Translations under genes and position numbers: made by a program
Notes under the pieces: model-generated
The model's database searches: none
Seen by the model: the letters and a program-made list of their open reading frames with translations, nothing else
Told to the model about the DNA's origin: nothing
Part shown: one piece after another, positions 1 to 8,706 of the stretch
Position numbering within the stretch: the stretch's first letter is position 1
How the letters are laid out: each line of letters begins with the position of its first letter
From: Candidatus Latescibacterota bacterium
GTDB lineage: Bacteria > Latescibacterota > UBA2968 > UBA8231
Assembly (NCBI GenBank): GCA_965203355.1
Contig: OZ241889.1
Span: forward strand, 3,168,001 to 3,232,000
Length of the DNA stretch: 64,000 bases
Direction of reading: 5' to 3'

Positions 1-1394
1 TACTTTATGACATCACCAGCAGTGTAGATATCTTCAAAGTCTCCATCACCGTTAAAATCAATACGGCCGGGAAAATTATAACTGCTGGCGAAGTGGTTCA
101 CTTGTTCCCTTAAGTCCCCTTTACCCGAGGGCACCACATAGGTATCCAAATAATCGCCATCCCAGGTAAAGTCGATCCCCAAGTCTTTTTCCACCAAGAC
201 GGTCCCCGGCGCGAGGTTGTCGTTTATATCCCCATCGCCGTTGAGATCAAATCCGAACCCTACGTCGTCGTTCCCGCCTCTTCCGCCTCGTTCTTTGATG
301 GTAACGCCGGCGGGTACGATAAATCCATCGCCGTCGAAGGTACCATCCCGGTTAAGGTCTATCCGGACCTGCTTATCCTTATTCATCCGTTTCTTGACCA
401 CCCCCCTCACGGTCTCACTACCGACCCCCAGCTCGATCGTGCCCGCCTTATTATCCGGATCGAGGGTGAACGTCGTCTTCCCAGAAATCTTCCGCTTCGG
501 AACGGTCAGAGTACCCAACCCCCTAAGCGAGTAATCCACATCGCGCGTCAAATCACCGCCAGAAACAACCAATTGGTATTTAAGGTCTGAGCTCGTCAAC
601 GCGCCGCCATCCACCGTCGCCGTCACTTCAATCGAAGTCGCATCCGCCTGCTTGCTGAGCTTGGAAGGCGAAAAAGAGAGATCTATGTCCGTCGGCAAAT
701 GATCGTCGTCAATGATCTCGATAAATGCGTCACATCCAACACTACCTTTAGGTTCATGACAGAGCCGATCATTCTTCTTTAGGTTTACGTTCGATTCTGT
801 ACCTGGAGGGTGACTCAGCCTAAACATGAAAAGAGTATTAGGTAGTTTTTCTTGATCAACTACCGAACTGGGATCCGAGTTAAATGTCTGTGCTCCCCCC
901 CTTGCGTTATAACCCACGACGGCGAATGTATCCTTATCAACCGACACTGTCGCTTTGTCTGGGGCTGGGCCAGTTCCGATATAATCGTTGTCTATCGGGG
1001 TTATGGTTATAGTCCCGGTCGCCTTTTTCTCACCCTTCTTAATCGTCAAAGTGGGTAAGACTGCTGTGAATAACACATTGAGATATTTTCTGGAGAGCGC
1101 ACGCGTAGGGTTAGCTACTCGATCTGTTGCATGGGCACTCGAGTCTGAGAGAACCGCATGAAACTGAACATCTTTATCCGCCGCAGTGCCATCACAGGTT
1201 TCGACTGTAAGCACAACATCTTGCGCCCCACCGTCCTCGCGGATGAACTGCCGGTCCACAGAATACAAGTACTTATAGGTGTTACAGTTCTGAGCCGCAG
1301 CCTCCCCGGCCCAGCCCAACACCAAACTGGCCGCCAGCAAAAAAGGCACAAAAGCCAAGCGCGGCATCGGCACGAACAACTTCGCATGTATCAT
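1..1394 (-). CDS. Large secreted surface protein with Calx-beta/Ig-like repeats (partial, runs off left edge)
   Basis: Not in the ORF track because it has no stop in the window. Manual translation gives GGAGG RBS, ATG at 1394, signal peptide MIHAKLFVPMPRLAFVPFLLAASLVLGWAGEAAAQ, then Calx-beta-like strands (LTIKKGEKKATGTITITPIDND; LTVPKRKISGKTTFTLDP). The frame was open in the stretches I checked. Confidence 0.75.
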   Translation of the reverse strand, partial: MIHAKLFVPMPRLAFVPFLLAASLVLGWAGEAAAQNCNTYKYLYSVDRQFIREDGGAQDVVLTVETCDGTAADKDVQFHAVLSDSSAHATDRVANPTRALSRKYLNVLFTAVLPTLTIKKGEKKATGTITITPIDNDYIGTGPAPDKATVSVDKDTFAVVGYNARGGAQTFNSDPSSVVDQEKLPNTLFMFRLSHPPGTESNVNLKKNDRLCHEPKGSVGCDAFIEIIDDDHLPTDIDLSFSPSKLSKQADATSIEVTATVDGGALTSSDLKYQLVVSGGDLTRDVDYSLRGLGTLTVPKRKISGKTTFTLDPDNKAGTIELGVGSETVRGVVKKRMNKDKQVRIDLNRDGTFDGDGFIVPAGVTIKERGGRGGNDDVGFGFDLNGDGDINDNLAPGTVLVEKDLGIDFTWDGDYLDTYVVPSGKGDLREQVNHFASSYNFPGRIDFNGDGDFEDIYTAGDVIK

Positions 1395-1729
1395 TACTCA
1401 ACCTCCTGAAGGAGAGCATCGCCCAAGGGCGAAAGGGAAAGGGTAGAAGGAAATGGACTTAGCCGTAGAAATAAGCCGTTGTGTTCCTGCGTTTTTGCTA
1501 CCGTTGAGCAAGACGAATCCCGCGCGGCGAGCGCTCGGGCTACGACGTCGCCGGCCGATAACCGCGAGGCTATCGAGGATGGGTTTCGTTTGTGATGTGG
1601 ATGGGTGGTCAGTGGCCAGTGGCCAGTGGTCGGTGGGGCTTACCGACGCGGCCGGGCATAGCAAGGCCTCTTCCCGCTTCCGTAGAGGAAGGGAAGCGAG
1701 GCGAATAGGTTGGCGAGTGAAGCTAGGGC

Positions 1730-1879
1730 TTAATGCCCAAGAAATTCGGGGAGGGGGGGGGGGGGTAAATCATTGTTTTTTAACGATTTATGGCGATTAA
1801 GTCTCGGCGTTATCGCAAGTGTAGAACAAGGCACCGCTCCCGGCGATAGTGTTCTTTGTGCTATTGACGTTGTGCCCAT
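1730..1879 (-). CDS. Putative 49-aa leader ORF containing the poly-C tract
   Basis: MGTTSIAQRTLSPGAVPCSTLAITPRLNRHKSLKNNDLPPPPLPEFLGH*. The AGGA lies only 1 nt before the ATG, so the RBS is weak. Confidence 0.35.
   Translation of the reverse strand: MGTTSIAQRTLSPGAVPCSTLAITPRLNRHKSLKNNDLPPPPLPEFLGH
1753..1765. repeat. G13 homopolymer (C13 on the coding strand), candidate slipped-strand switch
   Basis: Read directly: gggga-ggggggggggggg-taaat. Confidence 0.85.
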
Positions 1880-1963
1880 GTCCTGTTAATCCGATTAAGA
1901 AGGCCGCAAGAGGCGGGGGTCTATACCCCAAACGCGCCGCTGTGCGTTGTGAATTTCATATCT

Positions 1964-1993
1964 AATATACAACATCAGCTAAAAGTTTGTCAA
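1964..1993 (-). promoter_or_regulatory. Sigma70-type promoter for the long leader of the surface-protein gene
   Basis: TTGACA-N18-TATATT on the minus strand. Confidence 0.6.
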
Positions 1994-2110
1994 ATGTAGG
2001 TCGTGGTTTTTGAAACTTAGCTTTACTCCCGTTGGATCGCCCCGGCTCAACCCCAAGCCCGACCTCAACCGTACCGCGACAATTGGAGATTGCAAAATGT
2101 ACCACGACCA

Positions 2111-2142
2111 AAAATAAAGCCCCTGATTGCTCAGGGGCTTTT
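2111..2142 (-). terminator. Intrinsic terminator after tRNA-Val
   Basis: AAAGCCCCTG-agcaat-CAGGGGCTTT followed by ATTTT on the minus strand. Confidence 0.75.
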
Positions 2143-2146
2143 GGCG

Positions 2147-2223
2147 TGGTGGGCGATCCCAGACTCGAACTGGGGACATCCTGCTTGTAAGGCAGGCGCT
2201 CTGACCAACTGAGCTAACCGCCC
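2147..2223 (-). tRNA. tRNA-Val (anticodon TAC)
   Basis: GGGCGGTTAGCTCAGTTGGTCAGAGCG-CCTGC-CTTACAA-GCAGG...GTTCGAGTC...TCGCCCACCA forms a cloverleaf with encoded CCA. Confidence 0.97.
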
Positions 2224-2231
2224 GGCCTTTA

Positions 2232-2260
2232 AGCATAACCATTCCAGCTTTTGGGTGCAA
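2232..2260 (-). promoter_or_regulatory. Promoter of tRNA-Val
   Basis: TTGCAC-N17-TATGCT, ending 8 nt before the tRNA 5' end. Confidence 0.55.
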
Positions 2261-2272
2261 AATGAGCGACGT

Positions 2273-3667
2273 TCATTTCTGCTCATCAGCCGCGACCATT
2301 CGTTCATACTGGGCCATGGCCGCTCCGGCCTCAGCGTCCAACCCTTGTTCCCTATAGACCAAGGCAAGCCCGTAATACGCATCGGCATAGTCTGGGCGAA
2401 TTCGCAGGGCGCGTTGGTAGTACGCCAGGGCCTGATGCGGTTGGCCGTGGCGGAGCTGGGCACTCCCCAAATTGTTGTAGGCCAGCGCGTACGCCGTGTC
2501 AATGCGGACGGCGACCTCGTACATCGCAATGGCTTTGCCAGTATCTCCGAGGCGCAAATACGCATTGCCGAGATTGTTGTAGGCGGGCGCGTAATCCGGC
2601 CGCACGGCGAGACAGCTTCTCAGCGCTCTGATTGCCAAGGCGGGCCTGTTTAGTTTGGCGTATATCCCGGCCAAAGCGTAATGAGCCAGCGCGTTATCCG
2701 GCGCGCGCCGCAGCCGCTCTCTGAGCTGAACCAGATCGTCAGCATGGGGGGCCAACTCTTCAAAGCGGCCCAAGTATTGTTGGGCTTTCCCTTTTTCCCC
2801 CTGCCTGACGTAGAGCGTCCCGAGCTTGAAATAGGGCCGCGCCCGCACCGGATCCAAAGCAATGGCGCGCAGGTAATGCGCCTCGGCGAGCGTCTCGGCG
2901 CGTCGGCGCTCCTCGGCCAACCCCAAGCCTACGTGGGCTTGGGCCGCCTTCGGGTCCAGCGCGAGGGCCGCACCAAAAGCCGCTATGGCTGCATCCACTT
3001 GACCCGCCTTCAGCAGGGCGTGGCCTAGACCTATCTGTGCGCGAGGCCAGTCCGCTCTCAGCGCTATGGCCCGCCTAAACGCCGCAATACCTGCTGGGTA
3101 CTCGCCGAGCCGCTCGGCGTAAACCTGGCCTAGGGCGTAAAATGCCAAACTGTAGCCCGTATCAATACGAGTAGCCTGTTGCAGGGCTGTAATCGCCTCG
3201 TAGTACGCCTTGAGCTTGATGTACGCCAAAGCGAGATTGTAGAACGCTCCAGCATTGTCTGGATCGAGTGTCAGGGCCTGTCGATACCCATCGCGGCTGA
3301 GGGCGTATTCCCCTTGCTCCAGCGACAAACTGGCTAAGTGGCACCAGGCTCCCACGTGCTCGTCGTCCAGCGAGAGGGCGCGGCGGAAGTGGGCTTCAGC
3401 CTGCTCGTACAGCCCCTGTTTGCCGAAGATGTTTCCCAACCCGACCCAAGCGTCCGCCGTCAGCGGATCGATGCTCAAGGCCGTGCGATAGTGATACTCG
3501 GCCCCTTGGTAGTCGCGCGCTTGCAAGAGCAGATCGGCCAGTTGCCCATGGGCTTGGCTATCCTGCGGATGCCGCTCCAGCCACGTTTGATAGTCAGTTT
3601 GGGTCGTGGGGGGACGCTCGCACGCGACCAGCGTGGCCAACACGATCCCCAAGAGAGCACTACCCAT
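2273..3667 (-). CDS. TPR-repeat lipoprotein
   Basis: Lipobox LVAC and about 11-12 TPR motifs (AYNNLG...A...Y..AL..DP). Confidence 0.9.
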   Translation of the reverse strand: MGSALLGIVLATLVACERPPTTQTDYQTWLERHPQDSQAHGQLADLLLQARDYQGAEYHYRTALSIDPLTADAWVGLGNIFGKQGLYEQAEAHFRRALSLDDEHVGAWCHLASLSLEQGEYALSRDGYRQALTLDPDNAGAFYNLALAYIKLKAYYEAITALQQATRIDTGYSLAFYALGQVYAERLGEYPAGIAAFRRAIALRADWPRAQIGLGHALLKAGQVDAAIAAFGAALALDPKAAQAHVGLGLAEERRRAETLAEAHYLRAIALDPVRARPYFKLGTLYVRQGEKGKAQQYLGRFEELAPHADDLVQLRERLRRAPDNALAHYALAGIYAKLNRPALAIRALRSCLAVRPDYAPAYNNLGNAYLRLGDTGKAIAMYEVAVRIDTAYALAYNNLGSAQLRHGQPHQALAYYQRALRIRPDYADAYYGLALVYREQGLDAEAGAAMAQYERMVAADEQK

Positions 3668-3674
3668 CGCTCTA

Positions 3675-6311
3675 TTAGCGCAAGCCGGCGAAGATGGTTA
3701 CAAACGTGAGGAAATTGGTCTCATCGCCTTGTTGCAACGCCCGGCGTTGCCAGCGTACGCCGATCTTGGTAGAAAGTGCGTAGCCTTGATACTCGGAACT
3801 GTTGGTGAATTGAGTGGCCAAGGTCAGGGTCGTGAAATCCTCGACAAAGGTCGGTGGCCGCGGATCGGGCGCTTGCCGTAGATTCCGAAAGACCTCCCAT
3901 TCGATGCCCGACTCCCAGACGAGCTGGCCCGGGATGAGATCACACGTCCCGATTAAGAAAAAAATCTCCGACAGCTCATCGCGCCGCAGCACCAAGGGAT
4001 CCGTCGGGGTTTGGCGGATGTACTGCTGCTTCCACTTGGGCGAAACGGCAATCCCGGCAAACGGCTCGTAGAAGTACTCCGCTCTCAGGATAGCGCCGAG
4101 AAAACTCTCGTTGCGATTTTCCCGCGCCTGATCGCCGCGTTGAAAATAATGGTCCCACTTGACTTTGCCAGACACATTCAGCGGTCGCAGGCGATGCACG
4201 GCGAAGTCGAGGTACGATGTGTTGATCATCGTATGCTGGGCTATCAAGCGGTCCGGCACATCCTGTAACCCCCCGGCCGAAAAGGGAGACTGGACCCACT
4301 GGATCAGCGCATCGGGAATATCGTCGCGGGCGAAGCGCAAAAACTCCATGAAGCGAAACTTAAAGCCGCGCAATGGCAGGTCTTCCTGCCAAGTAAAAAG
4401 CCCATAGCTGGTCTGGTTGCGCCGGGCACTGCCGATCAACCACTCGCGTAGATGCCCGACCACGACCTTAGAACCGGGCTGCATTTCAGCGCCCACGTAG
4501 AGATTGTAGCCCCGGTGGTCGCGTTTGTAGGGATAATCGGGTTCGGTGTCGTTTTCGAGGCGGTCTACGACGGTGTTGTTGTTCATGTCGGTGCCAAAGA
4601 GAAATTCGGGCGGATCGACATTGTAGCGCAGAAAAGGTTCGACGTAATCGGGCTGCAAATTGTCGTTTTGGTTAAAGTCGTTGACCAAATCGTTGTTCTC
4701 GTCGAGGCCGGGAAACACCTCGACATCGGCGGCGCGGGTCGTCTGCTGCCCCGGCACAAAACCGCCCCCGGTAACGCGCCGCCGCCAGTCGGGAAAGCGA
4801 TCTTGGTCGTCGTTGTCCTCGACAAATTCATAGGTAAAATTGAGCTCATCCTCGTAGTCGATAAAACCGCGCTGGTCGGGAATGACCATGGAAGTGCCGT
4901 AGTTCGGATCCATGGAGAAGGCCTCGCCATAGGCAAACCAAGGATAGGCCAAGCGCGAGGCGGTGACGTAAAAAGCCTCGGCGCGATCAGACGCTAGCGC
5001 CTGCCTCTTGACGATATTCTGATTGGGAAACTTGCGGTGGTGGCGGTTGACGTTGAATTCGGAGCGGAGATTGAATCCGGCGAGTTCGGAAACTTCAAAC
5101 GTAAAACCCATGATCTCGTTGGCCGTCGGCAGGCCGTACTGGAAGCGGACGACCTGTTGATTGGAGCCATCGCTGATATTGCCAGGGCTGCGCTTGACCG
5201 GCAAGAAAACCGTCTCGCCGGTGAAGTTAGTCTGCATGTTGGACGTTACCTCTATGCGAAAATCATTGGCCACCACCAGCTCGATATCGATTTTGCGGGC
5301 TTCTTTGAAATCGCCGATCTGATCCTGTACACCCGGGACAAAATCGCGCTCGATGTCGTAACTGAGCGTCAGGACATCGCCGCCGTTGGCTTCGAGCAAG
5401 CCCTGCCGCCGCGTCCCTCCGTCGATCGAAGGTTTTATTTCCGGGTGCTCGACATCGTCGACGAAGATCCGCTCGCGGAACAGCAGCGCACCGCCGGTAT
5501 TGTCGGCGGGCGAGTCGTCGCTGAGACGGACGACGATGCGGCGGACGTTTTCCGCATTCAAGCGCCCGCCCAAGACGCCCTTGAGCGAATTCTCCTCAAA
5601 GCTCAAGCGGCTGTTGCCGTGGTTGGCATTGACATACGTCAATCCCAGCGTGGCAAAATCGCCGACTTGGGCGACGCCGCGCAAGCCGTACAAATTGGTA
5701 AAGACCGTCTCTCTCGCTTCGGAGATTTCGCTGTCGAGACGCTGGACGGCCGGATTGTCAATGCGCGAAGCAATGAAGGTCAAAGCGTATTTATCGGACT
5801 GCATATCCCACTGGATACCGTCGAAGAGCGGCTTCGAAAAAGTCATCGGCGTCAGCGTCGTCCGCAGTTGTTCGCCGACGGTCAGGGCGGTATAAAATTG
5901 CCCTTTGGCAGCCGAGGATATCAGGACGCGGTTAAACCAACTATTGAAGCGGGGGTTTTTGAAAATACTGCTGCCGAAATCGAGCGGGTGTTCCTGACGC
6001 CAGTCGTAGATGCGCCAACCGCGGGTGATGTAGTTGCCGTACAAATCGTAATAGCGATCGCCTTCCAAGAAGAGGTTCACGTAGCGCTGGTAGTTGTCCC
6101 GGGCGTAGTTGGTGTACTCGTAGGTCTTCCAGCCATAGAGATAAAGCAGCGTCTGGGGCACGTACCACTTGCGCAGCACCGGACTCAGCGACTCAAAATC
6201 GACCGGCGTTCCGGTCGCTCGGTACGGATTGAAGAATCCGCTCTGCAAGTCGGCTTTGAGCGCCAAGGGCAAGAGAGCGAGAAAGACCAAAGACCAAATG
6301 ATTTTATTCAT
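3675..6311 (-). CDS. Large secreted or outer-membrane hypothetical protein with acidic Ca-binding-like loops
   Basis: Probable start MNKIIWSLVFLALLPLALKA (signal peptide); DNDDQD, DENND and DMNNN motifs; amphipathic beta-strand-like C-terminal part. Confidence 0.75.
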   Translation of the reverse strand: MNKIIWSLVFLALLPLALKADLQSGFFNPYRATGTPVDFESLSPVLRKWYVPQTLLYLYGWKTYEYTNYARDNYQRYVNLFLEGDRYYDLYGNYITRGWRIYDWRQEHPLDFGSSIFKNPRFNSWFNRVLISSAAKGQFYTALTVGEQLRTTLTPMTFSKPLFDGIQWDMQSDKYALTFIASRIDNPAVQRLDSEISEARETVFTNLYGLRGVAQVGDFATLGLTYVNANHGNSRLSFEENSLKGVLGGRLNAENVRRIVVRLSDDSPADNTGGALLFRERIFVDDVEHPEIKPSIDGGTRRQGLLEANGGDVLTLSYDIERDFVPGVQDQIGDFKEARKIDIELVVANDFRIEVTSNMQTNFTGETVFLPVKRSPGNISDGSNQQVVRFQYGLPTANEIMGFTFEVSELAGFNLRSEFNVNRHHRKFPNQNIVKRQALASDRAEAFYVTASRLAYPWFAYGEAFSMDPNYGTSMVIPDQRGFIDYEDELNFTYEFVEDNDDQDRFPDWRRRVTGGGFVPGQQTTRAADVEVFPGLDENNDLVNDFNQNDNLQPDYVEPFLRYNVDPPEFLFGTDMNNNTVVDRLENDTEPDYPYKRDHRGYNLYVGAEMQPGSKVVVGHLREWLIGSARRNQTSYGLFTWQEDLPLRGFKFRFMEFLRFARDDIPDALIQWVQSPFSAGGLQDVPDRLIAQHTMINTSYLDFAVHRLRPLNVSGKVKWDHYFQRGDQARENRNESFLGAILRAEYFYEPFAGIAVSPKWKQQYIRQTPTDPLVLRRDELSEIFFLIGTCDLIPGQLVWESGIEWEVFRNLRQAPDPRPPTFVEDFTTLTLATQFTNSSEYQGYALSTKIGVRWQRRALQQGDETNFLTFVTIFAGLR

Positions 6312-6363
6312 CGCGCGGATCTCCCGTATTGATAGCCGCTTGGCCCGGCGACGCCCGGCCCGC

Positions 6364-8691
6364 CTAATAGACCACGTGGATGATGCGCTGACGCCGCTCG
6401 GTTGTAGCATCGGTCGCTAGTTTGGCGTCCAGAATGTACATACCGGGCGGCAACAATAGACCGCTCTCATCCAGCCCGTCCCACTCATAGCGCGTCTGCT
6501 CCACCTGTTCGGCGTTAGCGACTAGCGCACCACTCAAGTCGTAGATCGCGACCGTGGGTTGGGCCGTGGTTTTTACCACCAGCAGGCGTAGCTGCAATCT
6601 ATCGTTGATGCCGTCTCCATTGGGCGAGATCGCGGCCGCGGGCATCTCCAGGGCGCGGATGAGGTGCTTTTCCTGGGCGATCTCGGGCACGAACACGGTC
6701 AAAGCACCTAGGGCTTCTGGCTGAATCCCTTGGCGAATGTCGGGCTGCGTCGTAGTGCTGACCCAAGCGTCAAAAGCAGCCGCATCGGTCAGCAGGCGCA
6801 GCGGCAGCTCAACTTCGATGCGGTCCCCGCGGACCGGTTCGGGCAAGTCGATCGCGACCGCATCCCCGCTGGCCTCCACCTGCAAGGGCTCAACGCGGCG
6901 ATCCCCTATCCGCAACAACACCTCGCCTTCAAGGGCACTCGGCAAATCGAACGCGAGGCGGTTAAAACCCCGATCAGCCGGTCTAGCGCGACCGCTGAGG
7001 CGGAAGGTAAAAACCGTCAGCGAATCGAGGGCCGCCTCGCGCGGCGAGATGCTGGCGAAAACCCCGCCGCCGATGAGCGGATCGTCAAAGTCGAGGGCTA
7101 GCTCGCGCAGCGTCGGGGCGACCGCGGGATTTTCGGTCTGTAGGCGCACCTCCATTTGGACGAATCGCCGCGGCGTGGGCGAGCGGAAAACTTCCCCAGA
7201 TTCCTGGTAGGCCGAGCTCCACGCGCTCCAGTCGGCCCCCGCTTTCGGCACTATTACTTCGGGCAACTTCTGGCTAGCCGGCAGTTTGTCCCAACGTCCT
7301 TTGGGAACCTCGCGACCATTTTTGTCGTAATAGAATATCTCCTCGTCGAGCGTATTGCCGGTGCGCGTGCGAATTGCTAGGCGCGTCTCGGCTGTTGTGT
7401 CCGCCTCCCAGCGCAGCCGGCGCAGGCTTTTGGCCCCTTCCAGATCGATAAAATTCGAGGTCATTGCCACCTCGGCTGGATGGCCGGCCCCGTAGAGGAA
7501 AATCTCGAACAAATGGAAAACGGTTTGCCTGTTGAGCGGAGATTCGTGGTGATAGAACAGATAGCGCACCTTGCGCGCGGGAAAGCGGAAATCAAAATTG
7601 CGGTTTCTCGTGCCCGCACTGCTCAGGGTTTCGTTATCGACGAAGCTGAGCAACTGGTAATCGACCGGACTCTGAAGCCGCTCTTCCCCTTGGGTGGGAA
7701 TCGGCGTTCCGTCTGAGGTCAAGAGTTCAAAACTGGACTGATTCCGGTACGAATTCACCCCCAGCGTGGCAAATCCCGGCGGCGGCTCCACCATCGTCAA
7801 TTGATCGATCCAGAAGGTGGCTCCCAGATCCCATTCAAACCAATCGCCTTTAGCGCGCCAGTCGAGGTCGCCCCGCGAAGTCAAGGTCCACCACGTGGCC
7901 GCCGTTCCGTCCATGATGTTGGCGATAGTGCGCGGGTCGCGTCCAGTCCGTATGGCGCCGCCCCGCTCGATAGTCCCCGGGGCCATGTTGTCGCCTATGG
8001 CCTCGACCGCGACCGCAGCCAGTGCCGCATCCAGACTTTTAGCGTGCGCGACGACGCGCACGTACTGGATGGACCGATACGCCAAGGTATCGCTGGTCGC
8101 CAAATACGCGCCGGTGGCGTTGCCCAATTCCGGCGTCGCCAGGTCGTACTCTACCACCGTCTCCCGGCTGGGCTGGGTCGTGCCGCCCACTCGATCGTAG
8201 CGGAAAACGTCCTCGCCGGTGAGAAAAGACGTTCCCTCGGTGACGAAAACGGAAAACTCGCGCAAAGGCCGCGCCCCCTCGGTATCGGGAAAGATCAGTC
8301 GGATCTTTTTAGCTTGGACGAGGCGCCCCAAATCGACTTCGATCCACCAATCGTCGAGTGGGGCCGCTTGGCTGGGTTGCCACCAAGTAGTGGCCGCGCC
8401 ATCGAGAATGTGGGGGGCTTGGTCCAGGTGGGTACCCGCACCGCGAATTCCTCCCTGCACCAATTGCCCCTTGGCATTTGGATGGAAGAATTCGGCCGCG
8501 TTGGCAACGGCATCTATATCGCGGCGAAAACGCCTCAGCCCCACGCTGCCATCGGCCGCCAGCGCTAGCACCCCTTGGGGAAAAGCCCATTGCCGCCACT
8601 GGTCTTGGCTGTTTATAAGCAGCGTTCCAGCCTCTATTTCCCCGCCGGGGAAAAGCACCAACAGCGTCAACCAGTACGTCCGTGGCAACAT
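6364..8691 (-). CDS. Secreted protein with discoidin/F5-8-like domains and C-terminal FlgD-Ig/CHU_C-like domain
   Basis: Signal peptide; DG..T.WW...WIEVDLG jelly-roll motifs; C-terminus SPNGDGIND...IYDLSG...WDGLDE...LPPGMY. Confidence 0.8.
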   Translation of the reverse strand: MLPRTYWLTLLVLFPGGEIEAGTLLINSQDQWRQWAFPQGVLALAADGSVGLRRFRRDIDAVANAAEFFHPNAKGQLVQGGIRGAGTHLDQAPHILDGAATTWWQPSQAAPLDDWWIEVDLGRLVQAKKIRLIFPDTEGARPLREFSVFVTEGTSFLTGEDVFRYDRVGGTTQPSRETVVEYDLATPELGNATGAYLATSDTLAYRSIQYVRVVAHAKSLDAALAAVAVEAIGDNMAPGTIERGGAIRTGRDPRTIANIMDGTAATWWTLTSRGDLDWRAKGDWFEWDLGATFWIDQLTMVEPPPGFATLGVNSYRNQSSFELLTSDGTPIPTQGEERLQSPVDYQLLSFVDNETLSSAGTRNRNFDFRFPARKVRYLFYHHESPLNRQTVFHLFEIFLYGAGHPAEVAMTSNFIDLEGAKSLRRLRWEADTTAETRLAIRTRTGNTLDEEIFYYDKNGREVPKGRWDKLPASQKLPEVIVPKAGADWSAWSSAYQESGEVFRSPTPRRFVQMEVRLQTENPAVAPTLRELALDFDDPLIGGGVFASISPREAALDSLTVFTFRLSGRARPADRGFNRLAFDLPSALEGEVLLRIGDRRVEPLQVEASGDAVAIDLPEPVRGDRIEVELPLRLLTDAAAFDAWVSTTTQPDIRQGIQPEALGALTVFVPEIAQEKHLIRALEMPAAAISPNGDGINDRLQLRLLVVKTTAQPTVAIYDLSGALVANAEQVEQTRYEWDGLDESGLLLPPGMYILDAKLATDATTERRQRIIHVVY

Positions 8692-8706
8692 GCTATCCTC
8701 GAATGC

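Noticed and set aside
1921-1959. Tiny ORF MKFTTHSGAFGV just after the promoter, with a GGGGT-ATAG-ACCCC hairpin
   Set aside because: The ATG is probably too close to the -10 box to be transcribed, and there is no regulatory codon run or terminator.
1395-1960. Known riboswitch in the long leader
   Set aside because: No cobalamin, TPP, SAM or c-di-GMP consensus recognised by eye; an Rfam/Infernal scan would be needed to exclude one.
1-2223. tRNA-anchored genomic island
   Set aside because: No integrase and no duplicated tRNA 3' end within the window.
5037-6332. Long antisense ORFs (also 29833-30657, 51227-52321 and others)
   Set aside because: They are shadows of GC-rich genes on the opposite strand, with no motifs or RBS.
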